From sequence record SRR20825019_200: a stretch of 64,000 bases of DNA, one strand, 5' to 3'. Shown one piece after another: positions 60,397 through 64,000 of this stretch. Under the pieces are notes generated by a model. It saw nothing but the letters and a program-made list of their open reading frames with translations. It did not search any database and was not told where the DNA came from. A program made the position numbers and the translations under genes. Each line of letters opens with the position of its first letter. Positions within the stretch are counted from its first letter, which is position 1.

Positions 60397-61572
60397 ATGG
60401 ATACACAAGCATTAAAAGAGGCATTGCCGGCCGCCATGGTGGCACTGTTACTGGCAGCCGTTGCTTACTGGCTTTCAGACTGGCGTCTGGCATTGCTGTT
60501 AATGATATCCAGTCTGGCAGTTTATCTTCTGAAGCAGCCAAAAACCGACTCAGCCATGGCAGAAACAGATGATAACAGCGAGCAGGAAGCGCTGGCGGAA
60601 GTAGCGCAACTGAGCCGTGAAACACTGAGTACGCTGCAGCAGCAAATCAGTCAGATCGTAGATGAAAATCGCCAGGTTGCCAGCCTCATCAGCAATGCCA
60701 TCAGCAAACTGACTGACAGTTTCCAGGGCATGAATGAACAGACCGAATATGAAGACCGCATGCTGCACAGCCTGATCGATGATGACGATCGGGGGCAGAA
60801 TTTCGGCGAATTCATAAACGAAACCGAGTCCGTTCTTATTTATCTGGCAGACACCGTGCTCAAAACCAGTCAGGAAAGTCAGGAGGTGATGAGTAAACTG
60901 GAGGCCATGAATAACAAGGTCGACGGTGTGATTTCTTTACTTGATGATGTTAAGGATATTGCTTCGCAGACTAATCTGCTGGCTTTGAACGCCGCCATTG
61001 AAGCCGCTCGTGCCGGTGAGGCCGGCCGTGGCTTTGCCGTGGTTGCCGATGAGGTCAGAAAACTGTCGCAGAAATCGGATGCTTTCAGTGATGAAATCAG
61101 TGATATTACGATGAGCGTCAAAACCACTTTGCAGGATGCATTGAAAAAGGTCTCGGATGTGGTGACCGCCGATACCGATATGGCCAGGGACTGCAAAACC
61201 AAGGTGGGTGATATTTCAGCACGGATGTTGCAGTTGAATGATAAAACCCAGCAGGTCATTAACGGCACCGGCGACGTCAGTCAGTCGATTGCCGATCTGG
61301 TTAACCAGGCGGTGACATCATTGCAGTTTGAGGACATGTGCACCCAGTTAAGTCAGCATATTAATAAACGACTGGATACCATCAATGAACTCGCTGAGAT
61401 CATCGGGGAATTGCAGCAGGCACAAACGCAGCCCGATAATCTTGAGCAATGCCGCCAGATGCTGGCCGGCGTTAAGCAACGTGCTGAGAGTCTGCAGCCG
61501 AAAATTGCCGCAACGCAACATAAATCGGTGACCCAGCAAAGCCTGGATAGTGGCGATATAGAATTATTTTAA
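60397..61572 (+). CDS. Chemoreceptor, McpA/CttP-like
   Basis: Two adjacent N-terminal TM helices, MA hairpin-tip motif, [10 protein letters not shown]-terminal [15 protein letters not shown]. Confidence 0.88.
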   Translation: MDTQALKEALPAAMVALLLAAVAYWLSDWRLALLLMISSLAVYLLKQPKTDSAMAETDDNSEQEALAEVAQLSRETLSTLQQQISQIVDENRQVASLISNAISKLTDSFQGMNEQTEYEDRMLHSLIDDDDRGQNFGEFINETESVLIYLADTVLKTSQESQEVMSKLEAMNNKVDGVISLLDDVKDIASQTNLLALNAAIEAARAGEAGRGFAVVADEVRKLSQKSDAFSDEISDITMSVKTTLQDALKKVSDVVTADTDMARDCKTKVGDISARMLQLNDKTQQVINGTGDVSQSIADLVNQAVTSLQFEDMCTQLSQHINKRLDTINELAEIIGELQQAQTQPDNLEQCRQMLAGVKQRAESLQPKIAATQHKSVTQQSLDSGDIELF

Positions 61573-61587
61573 TCTGCCTTGTGACAG

Positions 61588-61603
61588 TGGCATAACGATT
61601 GCA
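61588..61603 (+). promoter_or_regulatory. sigma54 promoter of fliK
   Basis: TGGCAT-AACGA-TTGCA, near consensus. Confidence 0.85.
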
Positions 61604-61653
61604 AAAGCTCCTGTGTCAATTAACAGGTGAGCTTGATCTCAGCAGGAGTTTGT

Positions 61654-63075
61654 ATGCCACAACCCGTCATGATTCAGACCGAGCCGGTGTCGGCGGTCAG
61701 TGCCAGAAAAAACGCCGGTGTCGGCGACAGGGCTGATAAATCAGCATTTTCTTCTGAACTCAGTCAGCAGATTGAGCAGGGGCAGGCGGCTAATAATCGG
61801 GCCCAGTCAGATAAAAACCAGGCGGCAAAGTCGGCGGACCAGGAGCAGAATGTTGCCGCTGACGGCAATAAATTGCCGGCCGAGGACGATAAAAAAGCCG
61901 TGTCAGAAACTCAGTCCGACTCAGAAACCCGTAAGGAATCTGATACTGGGCAGCAGGCAAAAAATACTGACTCCGATGCTGAGCCGAAAGAGGCGGAACA
62001 GGAAGCTGACGGTTCAAGTGCGGACAGCAGCGAACAGGAAGCCGCAGTGGTTGTCGCACCCGGGCAATCTGCCGATACCGGCAAAAGTGCTGAGCTCAGT
62101 GATAAAAAGGCTGATAAACCAGTTCGGGCCCAGGTCAGTGTGAGCCAGCAGGCTGTGGATAATGCCAAAACTACTTCTGTGGAAATGACAGCCAAAGCGC
62201 ATCCCAAGCAAGCAGAACCGGTGACAGCCGAAACAGCGCCATCTAATACAAAAACCACGCAGCAGACAGCCACCAAAACTATCAGCGACACCATTGAAAA
62301 GCTGAATGGCGAAGAACAGCAGCGTGCGCAGAAAGCGACGCCAAATTTAGCCGCCGCGCTGAAACAATTATCTGAAGACAATGCTGAGCCGCCCAAAATA
62401 CGTGCTGATATTATGGATGCTTTACAGCGCCAGCAGAACAAGCCGGAGGTCACCACCAACTTGCGTAATCTGATGGCGGCGCAGCAGTCTGAAGCCAAAC
62501 CGGCAGTGACGCTGCCTCCGATCTTAACTGACAAAGCCGCAGCGGATTCCGCCGGCAGTGCTCTGACGCCAACCAGTCTCACTGGCCTGGTTTCAACCCA
62601 GAGCGGTAGTCAGGGTAGCGCAATCAGTCAACCAACCCTGAGCTTGCCGGTTCAGCCGAATATGCAAAATCCGGCCTGGTCGCAGGTGATGAGCAGTCGG
62701 GTCGTGTGGATGGCAAAAGAAGGTGTGCAGCAAGCAGAACTGCGCATGAATCCCGCCAATCTGGGCCCGGTTGAAGTTAAATTGCATGTACAAAACGATC
62801 AGGCCAGTGTAACTTTTCTTGCCCAGCAGGGAACAACGCGCGAAGCGCTTGAGCAGGCTCTACCCAGATTGCGTGAAAGTTTTGCTGAAAGCGGTCTGCA
62901 ACTGGCCAATGCTGAAGTGGGTGAACAGCAGCATCAGCAGCAGGAGCAATCTGAACAGGCAAACGATTCTCATATTTTTGCTCAAGCCAGCCGTCAGGAT
63001 GACGATATAGATAATGAGACCGTTGAAACGGTCAGCTCAGATGAGGCATCGGTGGGCCTCAGCTTGTATGCCTGA
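61654..63075 (+). CDS. fliK: Hook-length control protein FliK
   Basis: Low-complexity N-region; [42 protein letters not shown] before the ATG at 61654. Confidence 0.95.
   Translation: MPQPVMIQTEPVSAVSARKNAGVGDRADKSAFSSELSQQIEQGQAANNRAQSDKNQAAKSADQEQNVAADGNKLPAEDDKKAVSETQSDSETRKESDTGQQAKNTDSDAEPKEAEQEADGSSADSSEQEAAVVVAPGQSADTGKSAELSDKKADKPVRAQVSVSQQAVDNAKTTSVEMTAKAHPKQAEPVTAETAPSNTKTTQQTATKTISDTIEKLNGEEQQRAQKATPNLAAALKQLSEDNAEPPKIRADIMDALQRQQNKPEVTTNLRNLMAAQQSEAKPAVTLPPILTDKAAADSAGSALTPTSLTGLVSTQSGSQGSAISQPTLSLPVQPNMQNPAWSQVMSSRVVWMAKEGVQQAELRMNPANLGPVEVKLHVQNDQASVTFLAQQGTTREALEQALPRLRESFAESGLQLANAEVGEQQHQQQEQSEQANDSHIFAQASRQDDDIDNETVETVSSDEASVGLSLYA
61863..61878. promoter_or_regulatory. Putative FleR/FlrC enhancer within fliK
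   Basis: CGGCAA-TAAA-TTGCCG, same geometry as 8620-8635. Confidence 0.6.
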
Positions 63076-63113
63076 GCCATTACAAAATTAAGTTTTATCC
63101 GGGAGAGACGGAC

Positions 63114-64000
63114 GTGTTTAAACTTGAAAACCTTTCATTAAGAAAAAGAATGTACCTGATAGGTGGCTTCGGTATTCTCGGCCTGCTTGGTCTGGCCGTG
63201 CTGGAGTGGTTCATGTTGACCTCTGGGACCAGTGCGACTAATCAGCTTTATGCTGTTTTAGGTTATGTTGTGGTGGGTAGTGCCGTCATTATGTACCTGG
63301 CGCATGTGATCGGCCGCTTTGGTGACCGCAGAGCCACGAATCTGGTTGAAGCGATTCAGAACATTAAGAAAGGCGATCTGACCCAGAAGGTCGTGATCCC
63401 CGGTAAAAGTGATTTCAGCTGGATGGCATTTGAGCTTGATAGCGCACGTAAAAATGTTGCCAATCTGGTTCATACGCTGGTGGGCGGTGTTTCCCAGCTC
63501 AATACGGCCACCCAGAATATGCAGGCCATCAGTAAAGAAACGGTGGATGGCGTGCTGAAGCAGCAAACCGAGACCACGCAGGTCGCTACCGCGATGAACG
63601 AAATGACGGCCTCTGTCCAGGAAGTCGCCCGCACTGCATCCAGTGCAGCGGAAGCGGCACGCAATGCTGACAGCGAAGCCAAATCCGGTAAGCAGGTGGT
63701 CATGGAAACCATGGAAGCGATTGATTCGCTGGCCAACGAAGTGGAAAAAGCGGCTCAGCAGTTGAGCAGCCTGGAAGCGGATATCGGCAATATCGGTGCG
63801 ATTGTGGATGTGATTCGCGGTATTACTGAACAAACCAATCTGTTGGCATTGAATGCCGCGATTGAAGCGGCCCGCGCCGGTGAGCATGGTCGTGGTTTTG
63901 CCGTGGTAGCGGATGAAGTTCGTACCCTGGCAGCCAGAACCCAGTCGTCCACCCATGAAATTGAAGAAATGGTGGAGCGTCTGCAGCAAGGTGCTCAGGT
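63114..64000 (+). CDS. Methyl-accepting chemotaxis protein (3' truncated; absent from the ORF track)
   Basis: GGAGA RBS and GTG start; read manually as [25 protein letters not shown]..., two TMs, HAMP (KGDLTQKV), [32 protein letters not shown]. Confidence 0.92.
   Translation, partial: MFKLENLSLRKRMYLIGGFGILGLLGLAVLEWFMLTSGTSATNQLYAVLGYVVVGSAVIMYLAHVIGRFGDRRATNLVEAIQNIKKGDLTQKVVIPGKSDFSWMAFELDSARKNVANLVHTLVGGVSQLNTATQNMQAISKETVDGVLKQQTETTQVATAMNEMTASVQEVARTASSAAEAARNADSEAKSGKQVVMETMEAIDSLANEVEKAAQQLSSLEADIGNIGAIVDVIRGITEQTNLLALNAAIEAARAGEHGRGFAVVADEVRTLAARTQSSTHEIEEMVERLQQGAQ

Noticed and set aside
61911-62582. 223-aa minus-strand ORF, and similar ones at 778-1320, 34318-34941 and 55872-56504
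   Set aside because: Antisense shadows of well-supported genes, with no motifs of their own.
63088-63114. sigma28 promoter for the last MCP (TTAAGTTT...)
   Set aside because: The -35 is good but the -10 (GACGGACG) is poor and abuts the start codon.
63258-63989. 243-aa minus-strand ORF
   Set aside because: Antisense shadow of the plus-strand MCP that runs off the window.
1-64000. CRISPR arrays, tRNA/rRNA, IS elements, prophage or defence genes
   Set aside because: No spaced direct repeats, RNA gene signatures, transposase or integrase motifs were seen; intergenic gaps are short and explained by promoters and terminators.

Overview
A 64-kb motility region from a polarly flagellated gammaproteobacterium. 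The acidic proteins and gene set suggest a marine, possibly Methylophaga/Thiotrichales-like organism, but this is only a tentative impression. In order: (1) the 3' end of an RTX/type I-secreted adhesin; (2) a minus-strand type IV minor-pilin operon (fimT/U-pilVWX-pilY1-pilY2-pilE), divergent from (3) flgB-L; (4) an ~18-kb flagellin glycosylation island; (5) two very short tandem flagellins with predicted sigma54 and sigma28 promoters, then flaG-fliDST, fleQ-fleSR and fliE-J; (6) an F7/Che2-like chemosensory operon inserted between fliJ and fliK; (7) fliK and a truncated chemoreceptor. The main candidate novel system is in the glycosylation island. CDP-3,6-dideoxyhexose enzymes sit next to an orphan NeuB-SAF-lyxose-isomerase fusion, a YerE-like ThDP enzyme and an SDR, suggesting a route to a C4-branched higher-carbon (caryophyllose/yersiniose-type) sugar for flagellin rather than a nonulosonic acid. 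Other highlights are a soluble chemoreceptor combining an M-family globin, an Aer2-type heme PAS and a second PAS beside a ParA; an anti-Shine-Dalgarno sequence hidden in the sigma28 promoter spacer of flagellin 2; a candidate sigma28 promoter firing antisense into fliI; and ten sigma54 promoter motifs with FleQ- and FleR/FlrC-like enhancers. No rRNA, tRNA, CRISPR array or mobile element was seen. All calls are by-eye motif recognition; no database searches were run.
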